Shown one piece after another: positions 8,663-16,601 of a stretch of 28,078 bases of DNA; positions within the stretch are counted from its first letter, which is position 1, and the number at the start of each line of letters is the position of its first letter. Source of the stretch: a virus (lineage: Duplodnaviria > Caudoviricetes); IMG/VR virus record IMGVR_UViG_3300022178_001099, positions 1 through 28,078 of that record. One strand, 5' to 3'. Made by a program: the position numbers and the translations under genes. Under the pieces are notes generated by a model, which ran no database searches, was not told where the DNA came from, and saw nothing but the letters and a program-made list of their open reading frames with translations.

Positions 8663-8951
8663 GCAAGACTTGTATCTGCAACTTCAGTTTAGCAAGTTCT
8701 ATTTCTAGTTCGTGAACTCTACCTACTGTGTCCTGCACAGACTTAGGCGGCTCAAATTTATCAATCCAGTCGTCATTCTCTTCAACTTCTTGCATAGTCA
8801 ATTCTAGATTGTGTTCAAGAAACGAAATGCGTTCAGTGAGGCCAAAATAAACCCAAACACTGACAGCAGTAAACGCAATCATGCTAATCAAATTCCGAAG
8901 GGGAATTGTGACTTCGCTACTTTCGTTGAGCTTTGTTGCTGCGGCTTTCAA
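8655..8951 (-). CDS. Membrane-anchored coiled-coil protein (possible spanin-like lysis accessory)
   Basis: One TM segment (LISMIAFTAVSVWVYFGL) then heptad-rich helix; located in the lysis cluster. Confidence 0.55.
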   Translation of the reverse strand: MKAAATKLNESSEVTIPLRNLISMIAFTAVSVWVYFGLTERISFLEHNLELTMQEVEENDDWIDKFEPPKSVQDTVGRVHELEIELAKLKLQIQVLHD

Positions 8952-9162
8952 CTACGTTATCTCCCTTGTGTTCGTGGCCCATCCAAATTCCAAAAACGCC
9001 TGTCATTACGCCCATTACAACACTGACGAACGCTGACTGTGAGGCTGTAGGGTCAGGCAAATCCATAAACCATTCGGCACACCGCCAAGACATTACTGTG
9101 CTGGCTAACATCATAAATCTAGGAAGTATCTTCCATTTTAGAAATGCTTCTACAGTCATCAC
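8917..9162 (-). CDS. Small membrane protein with 2 TM segments (holin/antiholin candidate)
   Basis: W.ILPR.MM...WFM.LP.PT..QSAFVS...G..TG.F pattern typical of marine phage membrane proteins; MM dual start. Confidence 0.6.
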   Translation of the reverse strand: MMTVEAFLKWKILPRFMMLASTVMSWRCAEWFMDLPDPTASQSAFVSVVMGVMTGVFGIWMGHEHKGDNVVESRSNKAQRK

Positions 9163-9548
9163 TTCTTACCAAAGAACTTTGTCGCTGACCTGACTCCAAA
9201 GCTTGCAGCAACAATAACGCCCAAGCTGTACTGGTACCATTCAGGCATTTGCTCCAATTGTTGAAATCCGTTACGTACAAGGTCTTCCATCCCCGGAGTA
9301 AAAGCTAAGATAAGTGGTATGCTAAATAAGATGGTGAGCCATTCGTCCTTCCAAGATGACTGGCTACCCTTCGCCATCTCTAAGTCCCAATCAATTTCCC
9401 CCGTAGCCTTCTTCTGCATAACTATGGCTTCGGCTTGTGCCTTTGCTACTTTGGTAGCGGATTGGGCTTTCTTCTCTTCGACTTTGCCAGACATCCACGT
9501 TCCAGCAAGGTCTGCTATTGGTCCAATAAGGGCTGCTAACATTTCCAC
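9159..9548 (-). CDS. Holin-like protein (3TM GTA-holin-like family)
   Basis: SWKDEW.TI....P....F.P......GF..L...P.WYQ......AASFG.R motif and basic C-terminus. The start may be ATG 9542. Confidence 0.65.
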   Translation of the reverse strand: MEMLAALIGPIADLAGTWMSGKVEEKKAQSATKVAKAQAEAIVMQKKATGEIDWDLEMAKGSQSSWKDEWLTILFSIPLILAFTPGMEDLVRNGFQQLEQMPEWYQYSLGVIVAASFGVRSATKFFGKK

Positions 9549-9823
9549 CTCTTCCGCGCTTGACGTAAGCGACTGTTGGGATTCTTTGCTGCTGCAGGAA
9601 ATTTCTTCATCTGTCCGGCTGACCTTGCACAGTAAGATTTGCGACGTTTAGCTGCAGTGCTTCCCGGCTTGACCTTCCCAGTAACAGCAGTCTTTAACTT
9701 GCTGCCGGGGTTCTTGCGACGGTAAGCAGCAACGCCAGCTTTAGTCATTCCGGCACCCGACTTAGTAGAACGATAGTTCTTCTTGTTGCGGGCTGGCATC
9801 TTGTCAGGCTTTCTTGGTGGCAC
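9536..9823 (-). CDS. Small highly basic protein (DUF6321-like)
   Basis: G.GMT.AG...YRR.NPGSKLK..V......RRKSYCARS.G...NSRL..AR.RWKC motif; K/R-rich. Confidence 0.7.
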   Translation of the reverse strand: MPPRKPDKMPARNKKNYRSTKSGAGMTKAGVAAYRRKNPGSKLKTAVTGKVKPGSTAAKRRKSYCARSAGQMKKFPAAAKNPNSRLRQARKRWKC

Positions 9824-10052
9824 TTTTCTTCCTTCGTTTTCCTGATGCAGTAACAGACCAGTTTACTCTACGTGGCCCTGTCTTCTTAGCTGCTTCTTTT
9901 TTAGTTATACGCTTGGCGACTTTGGCAGGTCTACAGGCTGGGTAGGGGCGTTTCTTTTTATCCTTACCGGAACGACCACACTTCTTGCCGGTCTTTACGT
10001 CCCGCCAGTCTTCCTTGAACCATTTCGTTAAGCCGCCCTTTGGTTTAGCCAT
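9804..10052 (-). CDS. Small basic protein, resembling the C-terminal half of DUF5872-like proteins
   Basis: GGL.KWFKE.W.DV..GK.CGR...YPACRP motif. Confidence 0.7.
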   Translation of the reverse strand: MAKPKGGLTKWFKEDWRDVKTGKKCGRSGKDKKKRPYPACRPAKVAKRITKKEAAKKTGPRRVNWSVTASGKRRKKSATKKA

Positions 10053-10054
10053 GC

Positions 10055-10381
10055 CTACTTCTTCTTGACCTTACCGCCGTGCATCAGTTTTTGAAAAGAC
10101 CCTTTTGCACCTGCCTTCATAGACCCCTGTTTTCTCTGTATCTCCGGGTTTCCACCTTTTCTAGCCTTTAGTTCTCTGTCTGTAGAGATAACTTTTTTTG
10201 CTAGAGCGGCTGTACTTTTCGGTCCTGCTACTTTCGCATTTTTATTCATCAGTGCATCTAGCCGTTTTCTTTTATTAGGAAGTAGTGAACCTCTTATTGA
10301 GTTGTATTCTGCTGTTAAAGATGAGCTAAGAGGTTTCTTAGTTTTTAAAGCGTTATTAAGCTTTTCCATAAGTGTTGCCAT
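10055..10381 (-). CDS. Basic hypothetical protein ending in a HGGKV motif
   Basis: 108 aa, Lys-rich, RBS GGAG; AT-richer than its neighbours. Confidence 0.65.
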   Translation of the reverse strand: MATLMEKLNNALKTKKPLSSSLTAEYNSIRGSLLPNKRKRLDALMNKNAKVAGPKSTAALAKKVISTDRELKARKGGNPEIQRKQGSMKAGAKGSFQKLMHGGKVKKK

Positions 10382-10395
10382 TACTATTCTCCGAT

Positions 10396-10554
10396 TTAGG
10401 CGTAGGTGCCACCACGCTTCTTATAGGTTCTAACCAGCCAAGCATTTGCGTATGCGCTTGGGTATACTTTAAATTTACGTTTAGCTTCTGCCTTAACCCG
10501 TGAGTACAATGCTGCGTTCTTGGGCTTTGGGCTTTTTGATTTCTTAGCTGCCAT
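10396..10554 (-). CDS. Small basic protein (52 aa), resembling the N-terminal half of DUF5872-like proteins
   Basis: Translated by hand: MAAKKSKSPKPKNAALYSRVKAEAKRKFKVYPSAYANAWLVRTYKKRGGTYA; RBS GGGGG upstream. Not in the ORF track. Confidence 0.8.
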   Translation of the reverse strand: MAAKKSKSPKPKNAALYSRVKAEAKRKFKVYPSAYANAWLVRTYKKRGGTYA

Positions 10555-10582
10555 GTGTATTTACCCCCGGCAAGGTTATCTG

Positions 10583-10611
10583 CTTTTATCACAAAATAAA
10601 TAAAAAGTCAA
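10583..10611 (-). promoter_or_regulatory. Candidate sigma70 promoter TTGACT-N17-TAAAAG built into the 3' arm of the capsid terminator
   Basis: Sequence match with 17 nt spacer and a TG before the -10. Confidence 0.5.
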
Positions 10612-10637
10612 GAGGGCAAGTTGCCCTGCCCCCTTGA
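10602..10637 (-). terminator. Rho-independent terminator after the capsid/decoration genes
   Basis: TCAAGGGGGCAGG-GCAA-CTTGCCCTCTTGA followed by a T-tract; GNRA loop. Confidence 0.88.
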
Positions 10638-10643
10638 TTAGTA

Positions 10644-11102
10644 TTATACGCCAGTCTGAACTGCAGCAGTCTGGACCATTGCAGTTGGGTCACCAATGTC
10701 AGCAATCAAGGCAATAACACGGAAACGAACTACAGCAGAGTCTGCACCCAAGATTTTAACTTGGATAGCGTCTGTAGCAATTACTGTGTTGATACCTGCT
10801 GCTGTAGGGTGAAAGTTGTAGATAGCGTCAGCGTTACCATCGACACCATCACAGAAGGCATCAATGTCGGTGCTGATACCAACGTCAAAAGTCACACTAG
10901 AACCGCCAGCTTCAAGGACATCAAGGCAACCACCAAGAACAATCGAGTTGTCCGGTAGGTCAATCACTTTGATGACATCGTTAGCTGTAAGGTTATCATC
11001 GGCAGCGTCAAAGATTTTTGACTGCACGATATAAGGACGAATCGCATTAGCGGGATGTCCTACAGTTCCACCACCAGTGATGGTATGGTCAAAAGTAGCC
11101 AT
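10644..11102 (-). CDS. Capsid decoration / minor capsid protein
   Basis: 152 aa beta-rich protein directly after the major capsid gene and before a strong terminator; D.I.VI.LP....V pattern. Confidence 0.6.
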   Translation of the reverse strand: MATFDHTITGGGTVGHPANAIRPYIVQSKIFDAADDNLTANDVIKVIDLPDNSIVLGGCLDVLEAGGSSVTFDVGISTDIDAFCDGVDGNADAIYNFHPTAAGINTVIATDAIQVKILGADSAVVRFRVIALIADIGDPTAMVQTAAVQTGV

Positions 11103-11116
11103 TTATCTAGCCCCCC

Positions 11117-12106
11117 TTATGCGAAGTCTACGACACCGCGAACGATTGCTTCTTGGCGAAGTACTTTTTGCCCAAAAACATGCAGTCCACGAATAACGTC
11201 GGAGAACGATTCAGTTGAACGAACCACTTCTGTTTTCGCAATGTGCGAAGCAGTAGAGGTGGATGACATGTGACCTGCAAGAACAATGTTCTCAGAACCA
11301 TCAGTTGCGAGGGTTGCAGATGCGTCTGTCAAAGTAACTTGGTCTGTGCCGCCTGTGCTGTTAAGAGCAGTTGACTTGTAGCAACGGAAGCCAGCAAGTG
11401 TGCCGACAGTTGCAAGACCGTTGCGAAGTGGTGAGGTACCGTCGCCAGTAACCTGTACTTCCGCAATTTTATTCCCAGCTTGAAACACCTTCTCGTAGAA
11501 GATTGGTGGTGCTACAAACCAGCGATTTTCTTCTGGCACTGACTCATCGTCAAGGAGACGGGCCATTGCAAGCATCATGTTGATGCCAGCGTCGTCTGTC
11601 TCAATGTTGATTGGTGCAGCAGCAGTACCAAGAGTACCTGCAGCAGCAGTAGTAGTCAGAGTTGTGCCGGATACAGCAGAAGCTGCAATACCTGCACCGT
11701 TAGCCATAGCCTGAAGAACAGTCTTGTCGTACTTACGCTTCAATGCAAATGCACCTGAAGAGGTAGCAAGTGCCTCGAAGTTTACGTGCGAGTGACGCTC
11801 TTCAATGTCGTCGATTTTGAAAGCAAACGCATTAGCTTGGTCAACAACCATAGTAATCTGGTCATCAGCCAAGTCTTGTGGGTTTACAACAGAACCCCGC
11901 TGGTAAGCGGATACTGTAACAGTCGGCTCTTTGATGATACGGACTGTGTCGCCAAAGTTTTCAATTTCGCCAGCGTAATCTGTGTTCGTGATGTCTTCAA
12001 CAACCGAAGCGCGACGAAAGAATTTGAGAACTTTTTGGCTAAAGATTTCTGGTGCAAAATTACCGGAAGGTAAGTTTCCATATCCAGAAGCAGTAGTGAA
12101 CGCCAT
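11117..12106 (-). CDS. Major capsid protein (HK97 fold)
   Basis: F.PEIFS.KVL.FF...ITN.DY.GEI...GDTV.I; VP...RW....P; F.D..RGLHVFG.KVLR; strong RBS GAAGGA. Confidence 0.92.
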   Translation of the reverse strand: MAFTTASGYGNLPSGNFAPEIFSQKVLKFFRRASVVEDITNTDYAGEIENFGDTVRIIKEPTVTVSAYQRGSVVNPQDLADDQITMVVDQANAFAFKIDDIEERHSHVNFEALATSSGAFALKRKYDKTVLQAMANGAGIAASAVSGTTLTTTAAAGTLGTAAAPINIETDDAGINMMLAMARLLDDESVPEENRWFVAPPIFYEKVFQAGNKIAEVQVTGDGTSPLRNGLATVGTLAGFRCYKSTALNSTGGTDQVTLTDASATLATDGSENIVLAGHMSSTSTASHIAKTEVVRSTESFSDVIRGLHVFGQKVLRQEAIVRGVVDFA

Positions 12107-12134
12107 TGTTCATTCCTTCTCTATTTTTGAGGTT

Positions 12135-13034
12135 TTAAGAGTTTAAGTCGATTCGCCCTTCATTCCGTGCTTGGTCGAGTTCAGCTTCCATCTTCTCGAA
12201 CTCCCACGGTTTCATCTTGGCGATTTGTGAAGCTTTCCAGATTTTCTTGTCTCCAATAGCATCCGTATTTACGTCCCTAGCAGGGGTTCTGGTAACTGCG
12301 TCTGCTGCCGAAGCATCTTTGGTCTTCTTCTTTTTAGTTGAGCCGGTATCGGCTTTGTAGAGGTCTATGACCCGTGCCGCCCACTTGGAGTCGGTACTAT
12401 TCTTATAGATACCATCTGCAATTGAGCTTGGCTGCTCTTCTAACCATGTCAAGAACTTTTCGTCGGCCTTTAACTCTGCGAAGTCGGGGTGGGCGCGAAG
12501 CAGTTGCTCGTAGGCTTTCTGCTTTTCTAGTTCCTTTTCCCGTTCCTGAATAGTGCCTAGTTCTTGTCGTAGTTTTGCAACCTGTGATTCGGTCTGCATA
12601 CTCGAAACCGTCTGAACAACTTCGAAGACATCTGGGTATCGTTCCTTGAACTCATCTAGCTCTTCTTGTGTTCGTGGGGGCGTTACGCCTCGTGGCATTT
12701 CTGCCGCACGGTCTGTCATTGTTTTTCGTAGGTTTTCAATTTCTCCTTTGAACTCGTCTACCTTGGAATCATAATGACGTTTCAAGTCATCATACCGTTT
12801 CTTGTAGTCGTGGTCTTCGCTAGATTCCTTCTTGGCTTCTACGAAGCTTTCGCTCTGTTCTTGCTGAGTAGCCGCTTGTTCTACGGGGTCAGCGTCTTGA
12901 GCTTCCACATTTGACTCTTCGTCTTCATCCTTGTAAACTTCGTCCCGGTATTTTCCTTTGTACAGGGAGTCGTTGTTGATTGTTCCGAAAGAGTCGTTTA
13001 CTTTGTTGGCACGGTGGCCTCTTGCTTTTGCCAT
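12135..13034 (-). CDS. Capsid scaffolding protein
   Basis: Acidic N-region, DYKKRYDDL coiled coil, HPDF motif, C-terminal I..M...EFEK....L..A..EGRI; directly upstream of the capsid gene. Confidence 0.85.
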   Translation of the reverse strand: MAKARGHRANKVNDSFGTINNDSLYKGKYRDEVYKDEDEESNVEAQDADPVEQAATQQEQSESFVEAKKESSEDHDYKKRYDDLKRHYDSKVDEFKGEIENLRKTMTDRAAEMPRGVTPPRTQEELDEFKERYPDVFEVVQTVSSMQTESQVAKLRQELGTIQEREKELEKQKAYEQLLRAHPDFAELKADEKFLTWLEEQPSSIADGIYKNSTDSKWAARVIDLYKADTGSTKKKKTKDASAADAVTRTPARDVNTDAIGDKKIWKASQIAKMKPWEFEKMEAELDQARNEGRIDLNS

Positions 13035-13050
13035 TGTATTTACCTCACTT

Positions 13051-13117
13051 GCGGGGCCACATGGCTGTGGGTAGCCGCGTCGGTTGTGCTGGGGCCACGA
13101 ACTTGTGGGTAGCCAGC
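13051..13117 (-). promoter_or_regulatory. Tandem structured RNA hairpins in the scaffold gene leader
   Basis: Two copies of GG-CTAC-CCAC-N6-GTGG-CC-CC with different closing stems and loops, just 5' of RBS GAGGT. Confidence 0.7.
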
Positions 13118-13120
13118 GGA

Positions 13121-16100
13121 TTAGTACGCAGGTGTTACACCTAGCATCTTGTCTAGGAAGCCGCGTTCATATTTTTGTTCGGGTGCAGGTTGACTTCCTA
13201 CTGCGGCACCTGTTGCATCCTGTAAGGGTGCTTTTGCAGAAGCTGGTTTTGGAGAGGTCTTCCTACGGGGGATGTTAACGGGCTTATCTACTACCGCGTT
13301 TTTAAACAATATTGCTGCGTAATCTTCTGCCATAATTCTGTTTATAGAATCATAGGCTGCAGCTAATTCTTCAAACGGAATTTCATTTACATCTTTTCTG
13401 TTCCAAATCTTTCCTACTTTTAAATCTAAAGTGTCATATTCAGAATCTAATTTAAACAGGCTGTTTTCTTCAAAAAACTGTTTCCTGTTTGCAGGAGTTA
13501 AATAACTTTCAAATACTCTTCGTGTTTCATATAGAATATTCTGTTTTGCTTCGTTTACAAGGTCAGAGCCTGTCACTTTTCCAAATGAATCTTCAAAACC
13601 TTTAGGGGGTCTTTGTGACTTTTCAAAAGCTCCCGCTACACTTTCTATATTTCTTCGTAGATAAGCTTGCCCTATAACAGCCGCAATGTACCTATGTTCG
13701 GCATCTCCGCTAGTTCGTTTTTCATCCTTTGCTTTACTATACGTTTCAAAATCTATTTTATCATCTATATATCTAGTAATGCTGGGTAATCTTGCGTATA
13801 ACCCTTGCATTGCAACCAACGACCTACTAGGATTAAAGTTTGGGTCGTTTGCTAGTATGTCTGCCCCCTTGTGCATTAATTCATGGGCTAGAGTTGCAGT
13901 ATAAGCCATAGGGGGTTTTAAATAATCCGTGCTAGGTCCACCAAATCCGGCGGGACTTCTCATTAGTATAGCACTATTCGATACGTCTGCTCTAAAGTCT
14001 TTAGTGGATTTTGCACCCATGCGATTATTTAGAGAATCTGTATAATTTATTTCACCATCTTCATATACAGGTGAAGTGTAGGGTTCTCGCCCATACTGAG
14101 CGTATAACCCCATTGCATTCCTGTGGTAAGGGTTAGCCACGTTCTCACCCGGTCTTAAAGTTGTTACAGTATCACTTAATGTTCTACTATCTCTAGCCGC
14201 TGCTTGAATAAGCTTATTAAAGTTTGTTTTACCTAGTATGTCAGCAAAAACCTCTGTGTCACCGAATTGAACTCCCTGATTATACAACTCTTCTTCAGCT
14301 TTAGATTTAAAAGTAGGAGTGGCTGATTTTCTTTTATATTGTTCTTCCTGAAGATGGTCAATTTCTAAGTCTTCGCTAGTCATACCATACTTGGAAGTCC
14401 CAGATATACCTACTGCTGCTTTTACGTTGTGCGAGTGTACGCCCCCGCCACTATGAAACTTTTTTCTAGTGATAAAGCCACCCCCTGCGGCTTGAACCGG
14501 CTCCTGCCCATTCTCTGCTATGCGCTGTTCGGTTTTCCGAATGCCTCGTTTATTAATCTTCTCTAGGCGGTCTTCGCCAATGATATCTACTAGGTGTGGG
14601 GCTACGGTTACTTCCCCGCGAGACACCGCAATATCAACGAGGTCGGAATGCCGTTCAAAGTCTCCTGTTGAAAGACCCCTGCGAACCGCTTCTTTCTGGG
14701 CATCCATAATCATTTTGCGGATGTCCTGCTCTCCCGCGAACTCGACAGCAGCCGCATTTATAACGTAGGTTCCCTCTTTAGCCTTCATAGGACGGTCGTC
14801 AGCGACTTTACCGGCTTCGGAGACCTGTGATGGCGGTCTGTCTACAAAACCGCTCTGTGAGGCTTGTACCCCCGCTGGCGGGGTTCCCATGGCGTAGCCG
14901 GGTACTTTACCGCCATATTTAAAATCCCCTGCTTCTACATCATCATCTGCGGTAGAACCAAAATTACCACCACTATCAAAGTCACCGCCGCCGCCGCCGA
15001 CACCATAATCACCGCCACTGTCTTCACTGGTAACAACACCGGAACCATATTGGTCTCTAAGTGCTTTGTCTGCTGCTGCCTGCCTTGTTCTTTCTTCTAC
15101 GATTCTTGCTGTCTCTAATGCCTGCGCCTTGGAAGCTTTTGCTGCCTTGATATTATCCATGAGCTTCCCTTGACCTTTACGGGTGGCACTCAGGATTGAA
15201 CCAATCTCAGCTTCACTTAAACCATGCTTGGCTGCTAAAGACTTAGAGTGACTGGCAAGGCCCATCATGGAAGTACGACCGTACCGGTCCATAAAAGCTC
15301 CGGTATCGGTGTAGCGTCCACCCCCTGCAACTTCCCCGCTGTAACCGGCTTCCTCGAAAGTGGTGGCACCCCTGCCTGTGTAGTCAAAACCAAAGTTTCG
15401 GTTTCCAAAGGTACTAGGGACAAAGCCCCGCTGCACAGCTTCCATGTTCTTCAGGGTTTGATTGTCTAGGCCGCGCATGTTTCCTGTGTAGGTGAAGGTT
15501 CCGGCTTTGCGGGTTATGCCTGTTGCTCCGGTGCCGCTTCCAAACGACATGGAGAAGCCAATGTCCCGGTCTGCTGCAAATCTTCCTGCTAAACTGTCAT
15601 CTTGAAAACGGTCTTCAGTCATGCCACTCACTGACTCTCTAAAATCAGTCATGTTGGCCCGTGCAACAGCCCTATTGTGCGCCATATCCGCGTACTGAGT
15701 AGAGTGAACCGCATCTGCAACCATACCAAGGATACCATCAGGCCGTGCGCTGATGTTGCCAAAAGCGTTTCTTACGGTGGTGGTGCTGAGTACGGCAGAG
15801 CCTACAAGACCTAGCATGGGGTTTGCAGCTACCAAGGCTCCCTTTATCCCAGTCTTAGCATCGGGCTTTGTAACGCCCTCGACCATGTCGGTTCCAACGC
15901 GGTCAGCAAGCCCCTTCGTTCCCGCTGTAAAGTCTATGTCTCCAAACCTGCCAGATGTGAGGGGTTCCATGACGTTAGAAATAAAGTCTACCCGGTCTGC
16001 CATCCCCGGCGGCTTTTCTCCGGTTATGTAGTCCGAATAGGACTCGTATTTATCGTAGGCATTAAAGTTATTGTACTCTATCCCCGTCCCGCCCGGAAAC

Positions 16101-16384
16101 ATCGAAGTTTTTCCCTGCGCTATTTCTTCAGGAGTGGCCTGTATATTTATACCCCCCAAGTCATTCAGGGCATCATCCTGAGTATCGCCGCCGTCGTCAC
16201 CACCACCACCAGCTATCCCATAATCCTTCAACTTGGTAATGTCATCGGGGTTGACAATATCAATACCAGTACCTGTCAAGCTATCCACATCTAGGGCCTG
16301 ATTGTAGAAGTCAACAGGACCCTTGGAATACTGGTCATAGCTAATAGATTCTGGGTTAAAGAACGTTGGTGGTTTAGGTGCCAT
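13121..16384 (-). CDS. Large internal virion/ejection-type protein with C-terminal HEXXH metallopeptidase-like domain
   Basis: 1087 aa, Gly-rich; GGKV...ADD.P....EG.YVINAAAV and V..GE....P..V..IG..RLEKIN modules seen in ejection/tape-measure proteins; TLAHELMH at 13871-13885; between portal and scaffold. Confidence 0.6.
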   Translation of the reverse strand: MAPKPPTFFNPESISYDQYSKGPVDFYNQALDVDSLTGTGIDIVNPDDITKLKDYGIAGGGGDDGGDTQDDALNDLGGINIQATPEEIAQGKTSMFPGGTGIEYNNFNAYDKYESYSDYITGEKPPGMADRVDFISNVMEPLTSGRFGDIDFTAGTKGLADRVGTDMVEGVTKPDAKTGIKGALVAANPMLGLVGSAVLSTTTVRNAFGNISARPDGILGMVADAVHSTQYADMAHNRAVARANMTDFRESVSGMTEDRFQDDSLAGRFAADRDIGFSMSFGSGTGATGITRKAGTFTYTGNMRGLDNQTLKNMEAVQRGFVPSTFGNRNFGFDYTGRGATTFEEAGYSGEVAGGGRYTDTGAFMDRYGRTSMMGLASHSKSLAAKHGLSEAEIGSILSATRKGQGKLMDNIKAAKASKAQALETARIVEERTRQAAADKALRDQYGSGVVTSEDSGGDYGVGGGGGDFDSGGNFGSTADDDVEAGDFKYGGKVPGYAMGTPPAGVQASQSGFVDRPPSQVSEAGKVADDRPMKAKEGTYVINAAAVEFAGEQDIRKMIMDAQKEAVRRGLSTGDFERHSDLVDIAVSRGEVTVAPHLVDIIGEDRLEKINKRGIRKTEQRIAENGQEPVQAAGGGFITRKKFHSGGGVHSHNVKAAVGISGTSKYGMTSEDLEIDHLQEEQYKRKSATPTFKSKAEEELYNQGVQFGDTEVFADILGKTNFNKLIQAAARDSRTLSDTVTTLRPGENVANPYHRNAMGLYAQYGREPYTSPVYEDGEINYTDSLNNRMGAKSTKDFRADVSNSAILMRSPAGFGGPSTDYLKPPMAYTATLAHELMHKGADILANDPNFNPSRSLVAMQGLYARLPSITRYIDDKIDFETYSKAKDEKRTSGDAEHRYIAAVIGQAYLRRNIESVAGAFEKSQRPPKGFEDSFGKVTGSDLVNEAKQNILYETRRVFESYLTPANRKQFFEENSLFKLDSEYDTLDLKVGKIWNRKDVNEIPFEELAAAYDSINRIMAEDYAAILFKNAVVDKPVNIPRRKTSPKPASAKAPLQDATGAAVGSQPAPEQKYERGFLDKMLGVTPAY

Positions 16385-16601
16385 TTCTAACTATTGCCTC
16401 GTGGTTATCCTTCAACTGAAGGAGCATTTCCAGTAAAGCCGCTTTCCCCTGCAGTTGGCGCAGTTCCGACTCCGATTGTGCCGTTACCAGACCCCTGTGG
16501 GTCTGTTCCTTCAGGATTTGGAGATACTCCTCCAGCCCCTGCCATATCTTGGGCTGGGCCAGCAGCGGGGCCACCAGCTTCGCCTGTTCCTTGCTGTACA
16601 T
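16374..16601 (-). CDS. Small helical protein (75 aa) overprinted on the portal C-terminus
   Basis: MYSKEQAK...W..LEEYL..L.......L.......ELRQLQGKAALLE.LL.LK resembles the small gene that commonly follows podovirus portals. Confidence 0.65.
   Translation of the reverse strand: MYSKEQAKLVAPLLAQPKIWQGLEEYLQILKEQTHRGLVTAQSESELRQLQGKAALLEMLLQLKDNHEAIVRNGT

Noticed and set aside
10356-10592. 78-aa track ORF
   Set aside because: A different frame (10396..10554) has an RBS and a recognisable conserved motif.
11102-11130. T7-style capsid frameshift/readthrough into the next gene
   Set aside because: The downstream gene has its own RBS and ATG, and no slippery heptamer precedes the capsid stop.
13051-13117. 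CRISPR-like mini-array or terminator
   Set aside because: There are only two units with a 9 nt gap, no cas genes and no U-tract.
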